64,000 bases of DNA from an uncultured cyanobacterium (GCA_963803805.1 CAWDOD010000006.1:128001-192000), one strand, 5' to 3'. Counted from the first letter of the stretch, positions 41,825 to 52,088 are shown. Notes: generated by a model not told the origin, from the letters alone. Translations and numbers: made by a program.

Positions 41825-42478
41825 TCAACTAGATGACGATTCTAAGGCAAAACGTACCAATTCAGCGCGGTTACTAGTTTCTGTCTTCCTCAGCAGGCTA
41901 CTAACGTACTTTTCGATGGTACGATGACTTAAGTGCAATTGTTGGCCAATTTCGATGTTAGAAAGTCCTGTAGCTAATAAATTAAGGACTTGTTGCTCTC
42001 GTTCGGTGAGATGGAAAGATTCTGGTAGGGGAGGAGGAGATTTTGGTGATTGTGAGGTTTTAGTTAAAGATTTTTGAGAAGAAAAACGTAACTCCGACTG
42101 GACAACTTGCGATCGCTCTAGCAAGTTACGAATAACCGCTCCCAACTCTTCCATTTCAAAAGGCTTAGGTAAATAAACATCACAGCCAACTTGATAACCA
42201 AGAATACGCTCTTCTGTGGTGTTACGTTCTGTGAGAAAAACTACAGGCATTAAGCGGAATTGTGGGCGCTGACGCACCTGCTTAACTAATTCATAACCAT
42301 TTTTTCGGGGCATTCTAATGTCAGCTACCATCAAATGGGGATGATAGGTTTCTAGCCGCTCAAGGGCCTCTTGTCCATCACAAGCTGCGACAACCGAGTA
42401 GCCTGATAGTTCCAGGTAATCACTAACAGCTAACCGAACACCAGGATTGTCATCAGCAACTAATATTAACAGAGGCAT
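41825..42478 (-). CDS. NarL/LuxR-family response regulator
   Basis: Receiver domain (ADDN, ADIRMP, PKPF) plus LTEREQQVLNLLATGLSNIEIGQQLHLSHRTIEKYVSSLLRK HTH. Confidence 0.92.
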   Translation of the reverse strand: MPLLILVADDNPGVRLAVSDYLELSGYSVVAACDGQEALERLETYHPHLMVADIRMPRKNGYELVKQVRQRPQFRLMPVVFLTERNTTEERILGYQVGCDVYLPKPFEMEELGAVIRNLLERSQVVQSELRFSSQKSLTKTSQSPKSPPPLPESFHLTEREQQVLNLLATGLSNIEIGQQLHLSHRTIEKYVSSLLRKTETSNRAELVRFALESSSS

Positions 42479-42658
42479 ATTTTTTTTTGCTACTCTACAG
42501 AATTACTATACAATTAATTTTCTGTAAAGCATAGTTAATATTACTTATAGTATTTCTTGTGGTTATGAGGTACAAACTTTTTGCTTTGAGGGAGTGGGAT
42601 AAGAGTACGATTCCAGTACAGCAAAGATGAAATTAAAATAGAGCCAACCGATAGATAA

Positions 42659-43111
42659 TTAAACTTCTTTAACTGAACCAAGGAACTTTTGCGGAGGATT
42701 ATCAGGCTCACTACACTTTTCTAACGAAGCGATCGCAGTACCTTGTGCATGATGTTCTTTCTGTCTTTTAACATAGTTAACCGCCACATCTAATTGTTTA
42801 CTACCTAAAGAAAAAACCCCATATCCGCTTTGCCACTTAAATACTTGTTCTGAAACAAGTTCCTTGTTGAGGTAATGTGTACTGCTACCTTTAATCTTTT
42901 TAACAAACTCAGAAATAGGCATTTGAGGAGGAATCGAAGCCACAAGGTGAAGATGATCTTCTGTACCACCGAGGGCGTGAATGAGACAATTAAGGGCATC
43001 GGCCTTACCAATAATGTAGCGGTGGAGTATGACTTCTTTTTGAGGAATAATTAGAGGAAGTCGGTTCTTCGTCGTCCAAACAAAATGGTAATACAAACGC
43101 CAGAGGGCCAC
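42659..43111 (-). CDS. tnpA: Y1 HUH tyrosine transposase (IS200/IS605 TnpA fold), probably REP-associated (RAYT/TnpA-REP-like)
   Basis: YHFVWTTKNR, HUH motif DHLH, KGSS, WQSGYGVFS, catalytic YVKRQKEHH; GTG start with GGAG RBS; no tnpB nearby. Confidence 0.9.
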   Translation of the reverse strand: MALWRLYYHFVWTTKNRLPLIIPQKEVILHRYIIGKADALNCLIHALGGTEDHLHLVASIPPQMPISEFVKKIKGSSTHYLNKELVSEQVFKWQSGYGVFSLGSKQLDVAVNYVKRQKEHHAQGTAIASLEKCSEPDNPPQKFLGSVKEV

Positions 43112-43141
43112 AATATCTTTGCTCCGAATTGCGAATCAATA

Positions 43142-44433
43142 ATAATGGTATCAACCCTATACCGCTAAGGATTAAAATCCATAGCTAATAGCTTAAGTCA
43201 TCTTGAAGATGACTCCCAAAACTTCGGTGGAAAACAGGATAACAAAACCTTGATTTAATTTCTCCCCCTAGTCATGTTCAGATGACTTTGGCTATTAGCC
43301 ACCGAATTAATTCGGTGAGCGGGTAACATTAATTTAATCGCGCCAATTAACGATAATGGTATCAACCCTATACCGCTAAGGATTAAAATCCATAGCTAAT
43401 AGCTTAAGTCATCTTCAAGATGACTCCCAAAACTTTGGTGGGAAAACAGGATAACAAAACCTTGATTTAATTTCTCCCCCTAGTCATGTTCAGATGACTT
43501 TGGCTATTAGCCACCGAATTAATTCGGTGAGCGGGTAACATTAATTTAATCGCGCCAATTAACGATAATGGTATCAACCCTATACTGCTAAGGATTAAAA
43601 TCCATAGCTAATAGCTTAAGTCATCTTCAAGATGACTCCCAAAACTCTGGTGGGAAACAGGATAACAAAACCTTGATTTAATTTCTCCCCCTAGTAGTCT
43701 TCAGATGACTTTGGCTATTAGCCACCGAATTAATTCGGTGAGCGGGTAACATTAGTTTAATCGCGCCAATTAACGATAATGGTATCAACCCTATACTGCT
43801 AAGGATTAAAATCCATAGCTAATAGCTTAAGTCATCTTGAAGATGACTCCCAAAACTCTGGTGGGAAAACAGGATAACAAAACCTTGATTTAATTTCTCC
43901 CCCTAGTCATGTTCAGATGACTTTGGCTATTAGCCACCGAATTAATTCGGTGAGCGGGTAACATTAGTTTAATCGCGCCAATTAACGATAATGGTATCAA
44001 CCCCATACTGCTAAGGATTAAAATCCATAGCTAATAGCTTAAGTCATCTTGAAGATGACTCCCAAAACTCTGGTGGGAAACAGGATAACAAAACCTTGAT
44101 TTAATTTCTCCCCCTAGTCATGTTCAGATGACTTTGGCTATTAGCCACTGAATTAATTCGGTGAGCGGGTAACATTAATTTAATCGCGCCAATTAACGAT
44201 AATGGTATCAACCCTATACTGCTAAGGATTAAAATCCATAGCTAATAGCTTAAGTCATCTTGAAGATGACTCCCAAAACTTTGGTGGGAAACAGGATAAC
44301 AAAACCTTGATTTAATTTCTCCCCCTAGTCATGTTCAGATGACTTTGGCTATTAGCCACCGAATTAATTCGGTGAGCGGGTAACATTAGTTTAATCGCGC
44401 CAATTAACGATAATGGTATCAACCCTATACTGC
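43142..44433. repeat. Tandem array of six 211-212 bp units plus a 24-bp partial unit; each unit contains an inverted pair of REP-like double-hairpin elements
   Basis: ATAATGGTATCAACCC recurs at 43142, 43353, 43565, 43776, 43988, 44199 and 44410. Internal palindromes: GGATTAAAATCC, AGTCATCTT(G/C)AAGATGACT, AGTCATGTTCAGATGACT, CACCGAATTAATTCGGTG. Confidence 0.97.
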
Positions 44434-44463
44434 AAATCAACAATAACCAGCATCCCTAAAGAT

Positions 44464-44493
44464 AAAAAAAGGTGGCCAACTGGCCGCCTTTTT
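44464..44493 (-). terminator. Rho-independent terminator of the porin gene
   Basis: AAAAAAAGGTGGCCA-AC-TGGCCGCCTTTTT, about 25 nt past the porin stop; T-runs on both strands. Confidence 0.85.
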
Positions 44494-44517
44494 ATTTAAA
44501 ACCTCGATTCTGAGTGA

Positions 44518-46194
44518 TTAGAATGTGAAGGTTGTACGCAAAACACCAACATAAACAGTGTCGTTAGCGTCATTGTGTTCAGGGTTGAAGATAACTATCA
44601 CTCCAGGAGTGATGAGAACGTTATTGCTAACTCTGTATTTGTACAATGCTTCTAAGAGATAAGAAGTATCAGGATCTTCACGGCCTGCAATATCATTGCT
44701 AGTTACTTTAGGAGGCATACCAAACGCAAGACCTAAAACGTTACCTTCACCACCTAAATCTTTGAAACCAACACGGGCTGTCCAATTCCAAATATCAGCA
44801 CTATTGCCATTAACTTCGTCTTCTGCATCTACGTAACCAACCCAACCACCAACACTAATAGTGTCGGTGAGGGCGAAGTCACCTTGAATACCAAAGCGGT
44901 TAGCAGATGTTGGTTGATCAACGCCTCCAATTCTAAAGGGATCGTTAGCGTTGCTGCTACCTACACTACCACCAAGACTAACATCGTCACCGTCAGGGGC
45001 GCCATCGCCTGAATAGTAACCACGACCGTAGGTAGCAGATAAAGCTAACTTATCTTCAAGAAGACTCAAGTTAAGCTGAGCTAAAGCAGTATAACTTCCG
45101 TCGAACAAAACACCTTCTTTATCAGCAGGGTTATTCGCACTAGGAACACCATAAGCTAGTTGCAAATTAGCGTTATCGCTAAACTCAAAGGTTAGCCCAG
45201 CACCTGCATCCACAGGAAAGCGGTGTACCGCAGGATTACGACGATTAAAACGAGATAAAGCACCAGTACCGCTGCTGGCAAATAGAGGGTTAGTTTCCTC
45301 AAGTAGGTCATTTTCACTAATTACTGGAGCAATTATAAAGCTAACTCTATCACCCAAAGGAGCTTGGTAGTACAATCTGTTAAGATTAACATTATTTCCT
45401 TGGTCTGCTTCATAACCCAAACGGGCCATGTCTGTACCTGTTCGGTTGTCCATTGGGAAGGTATTACCAGCTTGTAGACGAGTCCTTAAGCGATCTCTGC
45501 CAGTAAAGCTAGTGTCTAATGTTAAGCGGACGCGATCGCTTAAGGTAATATTGTCGTCAACGTCTACAGTACCATTACCACCAGTAACAGCTTTTTTATC
45601 ACCAAAAGCACTATCTAAACTGAAGATAACCTCACCTTTCAACTTAGTGGTAGTGGAGAATTGATGATCTTCAACAAAAGCAACACGCCCTTCTAAGTCA
45701 TCTACCCTTGCACCCAAGGTAGCTAACTCTGCTTCAAACTCTTGAACCAAACGACGTAGAGTAACTAAGTCTTCACCATCTACACTGCCGATGTTTTCTT
45801 CTACCCACTCCATACAACGGCTCACCGCTGCTGCAAACTCATAGCGAGTGATGTTGCGTTGACCTTTGAAAGTTCCGTCAGGATAACCCACAATACAGCC
45901 ATACTTGTCAACCATCTTTTGTACAGCACTAAACCAGAAAGGATCGATATCTGATAGCTGGTTAACGCTAGTAACCTGATCTAATGATGTTTCGTCGCCA
46001 TTATAGTCGTTGATTTGTTGCAACATCTCTTCTGTAGAGAGAGATGCGTCGGCAACTTCAACAGAAGCATTTGCTTCGCTAACAACTGCTTCGGTAGCAG
46101 GAGTTTCAGCAGCGAAGGAACTATTAGTGACAAACAAAGAAGCACCTAGTACAGCAGGAGCAACTTTACAAACTTGCCAGAGCAATTTTGACAT
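44518..46194 (-). CDS. Cyanobacterial outer-membrane porin (SLH + OprB-like; SomA/iron-uptake porin family)
   Basis: Signal peptide, SLH-like GCIVGYPDGTFKGQRNITRYEFAA, coiled coil, FSTTTKLKGEVIF, C-terminal LRTTFTF. Confidence 0.93.
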   Translation of the reverse strand: MSKLLWQVCKVAPAVLGASLFVTNSSFAAETPATEAVVSEANASVEVADASLSTEEMLQQINDYNGDETSLDQVTSVNQLSDIDPFWFSAVQKMVDKYGCIVGYPDGTFKGQRNITRYEFAAAVSRCMEWVEENIGSVDGEDLVTLRRLVQEFEAELATLGARVDDLEGRVAFVEDHQFSTTTKLKGEVIFSLDSAFGDKKAVTGGNGTVDVDDNITLSDRVRLTLDTSFTGRDRLRTRLQAGNTFPMDNRTGTDMARLGYEADQGNNVNLNRLYYQAPLGDRVSFIIAPVISENDLLEETNPLFASSGTGALSRFNRRNPAVHRFPVDAGAGLTFEFSDNANLQLAYGVPSANNPADKEGVLFDGSYTALAQLNLSLLEDKLALSATYGRGYYSGDGAPDGDDVSLGGSVGSSNANDPFRIGGVDQPTSANRFGIQGDFALTDTISVGGWVGYVDAEDEVNGNSADIWNWTARVGFKDLGGEGNVLGLAFGMPPKVTSNDIAGREDPDTSYLLEALYKYRVSNNVLITPGVIVIFNPEHNDANDTVYVGVLRTTFTF

Positions 46195-46758
46195 AATTTC
46201 TTAGCCTCAACACCTAAAAATACAAGGAATTTTTTTAATGATCTAGCGATGTACTATCATAACCACATCTTACTTGAGATAGAGTAAACAACAGGTTAAG
46301 GAATTAGTTATCTTCACTCTATCTCTTCGCTGTTTGAAAAATATTTATATGTAAGCTGGTATCTTGACTTTGATAAGAATTTATGCAGTCAAAATACAGA
46401 ATTGTAGTGAATTTCACTGCATTTTTAACCTATGCTCTCAGGGTAGAATATAATCCTTAAGCTAGGGTTAAAATGAACATTTCGCAGGTAGCTCAAGACT
46501 GAAAAGTTTACTCGTGTTTTTATTGTTACGTTCCCAAGGCTACTCAAAGTGCGATCGCAATTAATTTATCTCTGTGGTTTACTAAATTATTGGCAGAACG
46601 TCCTAATTTTTCTAGGAGGTTGTTACGATTGGTAATAGCTGGTTGGAAGTCAGGTTGAATTTCTATGGCTTTGTTAAAAGAAGCGATCGCCCCCGACAGT
46701 ACGAAAACAGTTTATTTACATAATGCCCAATACTTCCTGACTTTTGAATTAAAACTTT

Positions 46759-47919
46759 TCAAAAAGAAGAGCCTTCTAATCTTTCTAGGATAACGTTGCG
46801 ATTATTAATAGCGGATTGGAAGTCTGGTTTAATCTCCAAAGCTTTGTCATAGGATAATAGCGCTTCTTGGTAGTTCTCTAATTCGTAGAGAATATTGCCG
46901 CGATTGTACCAAATTCTACTATCATTAGGTTTAATTTCTAGAGCTTTTTCATAGGATAATAGGGCTTCTTGGTAATTCTCTAATTCGTAGAGAATATTGC
47001 CGCGATTATGCCAAGTTTCACTATTATCAGGTTTGATTTCTAAAGCTTTGTTATAGGATAGTAGGGCTTCTTCGTATTGTTCTAATTTACTTAGGGAAAC
47101 ACCACGATTATGCCAAGTTTCACTATTATCAGGTTTGATTTCTAAAGCTTTGTTATAGGATAATAGTGCTTCTTCATATTGTTCCAAGTTACTTAGGGCA
47201 GCACCACGGTTATACCAAGTTCTACTATCATCAGGTTTAATTTCCAAAGCTTTGTTATAGGATAGTATAGCTTCTTCATGTTGTTCTAATTTACTTAGGG
47301 CAACACCACGGTTATACCAAGTTCTACTATCATCAGGTTTAATTTCCAAAGCTTTGTTATAGGATAGTATAGCTTCTTCATGTTGTTCTAATTTACTTAG
47401 GGCAACACCACGGTTATGCCAAATTCTACTATCATCAGGTTTAATTTCTAAAGCCTTATCATAGGAAGCTATCCCCTCTTCATGTTTTCCTACATCTCCT
47501 AAAGCATTGCCGCGATTATACCAAGCTTTATAGTGGTTAGGATTAATTTCCAAAGCTTTGTCGTAGGAGTCTATTTCCTCTTGATGCTGCCCTAAATCTC
47601 CTAGTACAACACCACGATTATTCCAAGCAGCATCGTAGTCGGGTTTAATTTCTAAAGCTTTGTCGTAGGATAACAACGCTCCTTGATATTGTTTCAACTT
47701 TTTTAAAGCGTTGCCACGATTATACCAAGCTACATGATTATCAGGTTCAATTTCCAAGGATTGATCATAAGCCGCTATGGCCTCTTGATAGCTTTTCTCT
47801 CCGTGTAATTGATAAGCTTCAGAAAAAAGCTTGTTTGCTCTGGATTTGCCCGTGAAACCACAAGCAGATAGAGAGAGAATGAGAATAACAGGAAGAGTTA
47901 ATTTGTAGCTAAGTTTCAT
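46759..47919 (-). CDS. TPR-repeat lipoprotein
   Basis: Lipobox-like LSLSAC; about ten 34-aa repeats (WYNRG...YDKALEIKPD); near-identical 102-bp DNA repeats at 47202, 47304 and 47406. Confidence 0.9.
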   Translation of the reverse strand: MKLSYKLTLPVILILSLSACGFTGKSRANKLFSEAYQLHGEKSYQEAIAAYDQSLEIEPDNHVAWYNRGNALKKLKQYQGALLSYDKALEIKPDYDAAWNNRGVVLGDLGQHQEEIDSYDKALEINPNHYKAWYNRGNALGDVGKHEEGIASYDKALEIKPDDSRIWHNRGVALSKLEQHEEAILSYNKALEIKPDDSRTWYNRGVALSKLEQHEEAILSYNKALEIKPDDSRTWYNRGAALSNLEQYEEALLSYNKALEIKPDNSETWHNRGVSLSKLEQYEEALLSYNKALEIKPDNSETWHNRGNILYELENYQEALLSYEKALEIKPNDSRIWYNRGNILYELENYQEALLSYDKALEIKPDFQSAINNRNVILERLEGSSF

Positions 47920-48109
47920 AGATTGAGTGATGCAGAATCAAGATGACAATTAAAGTTGAGCTGTATTTTAGTTAGGCTCAAGAAAAGTTTCTTTGTTTCT
48001 CAAAGATAAATATTCTTAGCAACATAAACATAAAATAAGTAGTAATTATTGCGATCGCTCGTATTATTACTAATGCTTGCGATCGCAATTAATTTGTTTT
48101 TATCGTCTA

Positions 48110-49210
48110 CTAACTATTAAGAGAACTTCCTATTTTTTCGAGGAGATTGTTGCGGTTGTTGATTGCTGTTTGATTGTTGGGGTTAAGTTCAATAGCTTTT
48201 TGATAAGATTCTAGAGCTTCATCATAGCGCTCAAGAGATTCAAGGGCAAAACCGCGGTTGTTCCAAGCTTTACTATAGTCAGGTTTAATCTCCAAGGCTT
48301 TTTCATAAGAGACTAATGCTTCTGAGTGTTTTCCTAAGAATGTTAGAGCCGTACCACGATTAAACCAAGCTGAACTATTATTAGGGTTAATCTCCAAACC
48401 TTTGTTATAAGATGCTAATGCTTCAGCATATTTTCCTAAGTTCCTTAGAGCAACGCCACGATTAAACCAAGCTGAACTGTTGTTAGGCTCAATCTCTAAA
48501 GCTTTATCATAGGATGTTACTGCTTCTGTGTAATTTTCTATGTTTACTAGAGCATCGCCACGATTAAACCAAGCTTCACTGTCATTAGGTTCAATCTCTA
48601 AGACTTTATCGTAAGATGCTATTGCTTCGGTGTAGTTTCCTAGATTAGATAAAGCCAGTCCGCGACCATACCAAGCTGAACTCTTTTTAGGTTCAATTTC
48701 TAAAGCTTTGTCGTAAGATGCTATAGCTTCGGTATAGTTTCCTGACTCTATTAAAGCACCACCACGATTATTCCAAGCTGAACTATCGTTAGGTTTAATC
48801 TCCAAAGCTTTGTCATAGGATGCTACTGCTTCTGTGTAATTTTTTATGCTCACTAGAGCATTGCCTCGGTTATACCAAGCTGAACTCTTGTTAGGCTCAA
48901 TTTCTAAAGCTCTGTCGAAGGAAGCAATCGCCTCTTCGTACTTTTCTAGTTTCACGAGGGCAGCACCCCGATTTGTCCAAGCCTTGTGGTAGTCAGGCTC
49001 AATCTCTAAAGCTTTGTCGTAAGATTCGATTGCTTTTCCATAACGCCCTTGACTGAAGAATTGATTACCTTCGGAGTAAAAATCTTCTGCTGTGGTTGCT
49101 TCAGCAACTTCTATTGCTGGGGCTGCTAACACAGGTGGTTCAATCAAATTACCAGTAGATAAAGATAAAGCAACAATGCCAGGAAGAGTTAGTAAGTAAC
49201 GAAGTTTCAT
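48110..49210 (-). CDS. Exported TPR-repeat protein, paralog of the neighbouring gene
   Basis: Signal-peptide-like N-terminus; about nine TPRs (AWFNRG...YDKALEIEPN). Confidence 0.9.
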   Translation of the reverse strand: MKLRYLLTLPGIVALSLSTGNLIEPPVLAAPAIEVAEATTAEDFYSEGNQFFSQGRYGKAIESYDKALEIEPDYHKAWTNRGAALVKLEKYEEAIASFDRALEIEPNKSSAWYNRGNALVSIKNYTEAVASYDKALEIKPNDSSAWNNRGGALIESGNYTEAIASYDKALEIEPKKSSAWYGRGLALSNLGNYTEAIASYDKVLEIEPNDSEAWFNRGDALVNIENYTEAVTSYDKALEIEPNNSSAWFNRGVALRNLGKYAEALASYNKGLEINPNNSSAWFNRGTALTFLGKHSEALVSYEKALEIKPDYSKAWNNRGFALESLERYDEALESYQKAIELNPNNQTAINNRNNLLEKIGSSLNS

Positions 49211-49551
49211 AATTTGGTTAGCTCAAGATAAATATTACAATTGAGGTTCAGTCGCATTTTCATGACTGCCTTCTAAGAGTATTTATCTGTTTCCCATGCA
49301 GAAATACGCAAACTACCAATCTTCTGTGTTAACGAAATATAGCGAAGAATTAAGAATCTTTGCCTTTCAAAACTATTTAATTGCTTAACTATCTCCTCAA
49401 AAGCCCAGAAACCAAGCTATTGCACCAATCTAAACTAAACCCTGCTCTCATAAGCCAGAAAATAGTGTTTACCTTAGATCTGAGACAATGCTCTAGAGCA
49501 AATTAATTCAACTACTATAAGTATTCACAACGGAACTGGAGGTACGATTAT

Positions 49552-51078
49552 ATGAAACTGGCTTATTGGATGTATGCAGGCCCCGCCCACATTGGCACTC
49601 TACGTATTGCTAGTTCTTTTAAAAACGTCCATGCCATCATGCACGCTCCTTTGGGGGATGATTATTTTAATGTAATGCGCTCAATGTTAGAGCGGGAAAG
49701 GAACTTTACCCCAGTTACAGCTAGTATTGTGGATCGCAATGTTTTGGCTAGAGGTTCCCAAGAAAAGGTTGTTGATAATATTACTCGCAAAGATCAAGAA
49801 GAAAGTCCTGATTTAATTGTTCTTACCCCTACCTGCACTTCCAGTATTCTCCAAGAAGACTTACAAAACTTCGTAGATCGCGCCCAAATTGAGTCTAAAG
49901 GGGATGTTTTACTCGCAGATGTAAATCATTATCGGGTTAATGAATTACAAGCGGCGGATCGGACTTTAGACCAAATTGTTCAATACTATATTGCTAAGGC
50001 TCGGAAAAAAGGCGACTTGGTGACGGAGAAGACAGCCAAGCCCTCGGTGAATATTATTGGTATGTCTACCCTGGGCTTCCATAACCAACATGATTGCACA
50101 GAGTTGAAGCGCTTAATGGCAGATTTGGGAATTGAAGTTAATGCAGTGATTCCTGAAGGTGCTTCGGTAAACGAACTTAAAAGCTTGCCCCGCGCTTGGT
50201 TTAACCTTCTTCCCTATCGAGAATTGGGCCACATGACTGCTCAATATTTAGAAAAAGAATTTGGGATGCCCTATGTTGATATTACTCCTATGGGGGTGGT
50301 GGAAACAGCCCGTTGTTTGCGTAAGATTCAAGAAGTTATTAATGCCCAAGGGGCAGAAGTTGATTACGAAGAGTATATTGATAACCAAACTCTTCATGTT
50401 TCCCAAGCTGCTTGGTTCTCACGTTCCATTGATTGTCAAAATCTAACGGGGAAAAAAGCGGTGGTTTTTGGGGATAATACCCATGCTGCGGCGATGACCA
50501 AGATTTTGGCTAGGGAAATGGGTATTCATGTGGTTTGTGCCGGAACCTATTGCAAGTATGATCAAGAGTGGTTCAAAGAACAAGTTAGTGAATATTGCGA
50601 CGAAATCCTCATCAGTAATGATAACGGCGAAATTGGTGATATGATTGCCCGTCACGAACCATCGGCGATTTTTGGAACCCAAATGGAACGTCATGTAGGT
50701 AAGCGTTTAAATATTCCTTGTGGGGTCATTGCTTCTCCTATTCACATCCAAGATTTCCCCATTGGTTACAAACCTTTCTTAGGTTACGAAGGAACCAACC
50801 AAATGGCTGATTTGGTTTACAATTCCTTTACCCTGGGTATGGAAGACCACTTATTAGAAATCTTTGGAGGACATGATACCAAAGAAGCCATTCATAAAGG
50901 AATTTCTGCTGACTCTGACCTCAACTGGACAAAAGATGGTAAGGCCGAGTTAAATAAGATTCCAGGCTTTGTTCGGGGTAAGGTGAAGCGTAATACAGAA
51001 AAATTTGCCCGCGATCGCGGTATTACCGATATCAATGTTGAAGTTCTCTATGCTGCTAAAGAATCTGTAGGGGCTTAG
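49552..51078 (+). CDS. chlB: Light-independent protochlorophyllide reductase subunit B
   Basis: [48 protein letters not shown]. Confidence 0.98.
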   Translation: MKLAYWMYAGPAHIGTLRIASSFKNVHAIMHAPLGDDYFNVMRSMLERERNFTPVTASIVDRNVLARGSQEKVVDNITRKDQEESPDLIVLTPTCTSSILQEDLQNFVDRAQIESKGDVLLADVNHYRVNELQAADRTLDQIVQYYIAKARKKGDLVTEKTAKPSVNIIGMSTLGFHNQHDCTELKRLMADLGIEVNAVIPEGASVNELKSLPRAWFNLLPYRELGHMTAQYLEKEFGMPYVDITPMGVVETARCLRKIQEVINAQGAEVDYEEYIDNQTLHVSQAAWFSRSIDCQNLTGKKAVVFGDNTHAAAMTKILAREMGIHVVCAGTYCKYDQEWFKEQVSEYCDEILISNDNGEIGDMIARHEPSAIFGTQMERHVGKRLNIPCGVIASPIHIQDFPIGYKPFLGYEGTNQMADLVYNSFTLGMEDHLLEIFGGHDTKEAIHKGISADSDLNWTKDGKAELNKIPGFVRGKVKRNTEKFARDRGITDINVEVLYAAKESVGA

Positions 51079-51221
51079 ATTCTGGTCTGTTAATTGAAAA
51101 TTGACGGGGAAAGGGGAAAGGGAAAATCCTTTTCCTTTTCTCCTCACATGGTAAATTGCATCTCCAAACGGTATGATTTTGTTAGATATGTTTGTGTAGA
51201 ACAATACCGGATAACATCTTT

Positions 51222-51974
51222 ATGCTTTCCCTCGAAATACCACAAACCTCTTCTCAGGCAAAATTAGCTAAGACTAGCAAAATTTTGGTAGTAGAAGACG
51301 AGAATTTAATTCGGCAAATGGTTGTATTAGCTTTACAGGAGGAAGGCTACGAGGTTACAACAGCCACCGATGGACGCGAAGCTTTAGGATTTTTTCAAGA
51401 AGAAGAGTCGAATTCCCAGGACTTTCCTTTTGATCTAATTGTTTTAGATTTAATGTTGCCGCAAATTAATGGTTTGGATATTTGCCGCTTACTACGTTAT
51501 CAAGGCAATATCGTACCAATTTTGATTTTAAGCGCTAAAGCTAGCGAAACTGATCGCGTTTTAGGCTTGGAAGTTGGAGCAGATGATTATCTGACTAAAC
51601 CCTTTAGTATGAAGGAATTAGTGGCTCGTTGTCGTGCTTTATTACGGCGACAACGTTATAGTTCCCAAGAACAGCATTCAACTCTCAAATTTAAAGAAGT
51701 TACTTTGATTCCCCAAGAATGTCGAGTAACCGTCCGAGATGAAGAAGTGAATCTTTCTCCTAAAGAATTTAAACTGCTGGAACTATTCATTGGCTATCCT
51801 CGACGAGTTTGGTCAAGGGAACAGCTAATTGAGCAAGTTTGGGGCATAGATTTTTTAGGGGATACCAAAACAGTTGATGTTCATATTCGCTGGTTGCGAG
51901 AAAAACTGGAATTAGATCCTAGTAAGCCAGAATATATTATTACCGTGCGGGGTTTTGGCTATCGCTTTGGCTAA
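51222..51974 (+). CDS. sphR: PhoB/SphR OmpR-family response regulator (start refined to ATG 51222)
   Basis: Receiver plus winged helix (KTVDVHIRWLREKLE, TVRGFGYRFG); first gene of a response regulator-kinase-phoU cluster. Confidence 0.85.
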   Translation: MLSLEIPQTSSQAKLAKTSKILVVEDENLIRQMVVLALQEEGYEVTTATDGREALGFFQEEESNSQDFPFDLIVLDLMLPQINGLDICRLLRYQGNIVPILILSAKASETDRVLGLEVGADDYLTKPFSMKELVARCRALLRRQRYSSQEQHSTLKFKEVTLIPQECRVTVRDEEVNLSPKEFKLLELFIGYPRRVWSREQLIEQVWGIDFLGDTKTVDVHIRWLREKLELDPSKPEYIITVRGFGYRFG

Positions 51975-52088
51975 TTAGCTAACAGCTAGATCATTGATTA
52001 CTCGTCATTAGTTCTTGATTTAAGTTAGGGAGAACAACTATTTTCGGTTGTACCCTCTAAGATCGATCACAAAGAACCAAGGACACCG

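Noticed and set aside
43142-44433. CRISPR array
   Set aside because: Whole 211-212 bp units are near-identical, with no unique spacers, and there are no cas genes in the window.
42659-44433. Canonical IS200/IS605 element with tnpB
   Set aside because: No tnpB ORF and no recognisable hairpin end downstream of tnpA; the palindromes are all on one side and multiplied.
41693-44433. Island integrated at tRNA-Thr
   Set aside because: No integrase and no duplicated tRNA 3' end were seen; the tnpA/array lies on the tRNA's 5' side beyond an ordinary regulator gene.
46290-46475. Pho boxes upstream of the porin (CTTAACCT and TTTAACCC on the minus strand)
   Set aside because: Only isolated half-sites; no convincing 11-bp tandem series.
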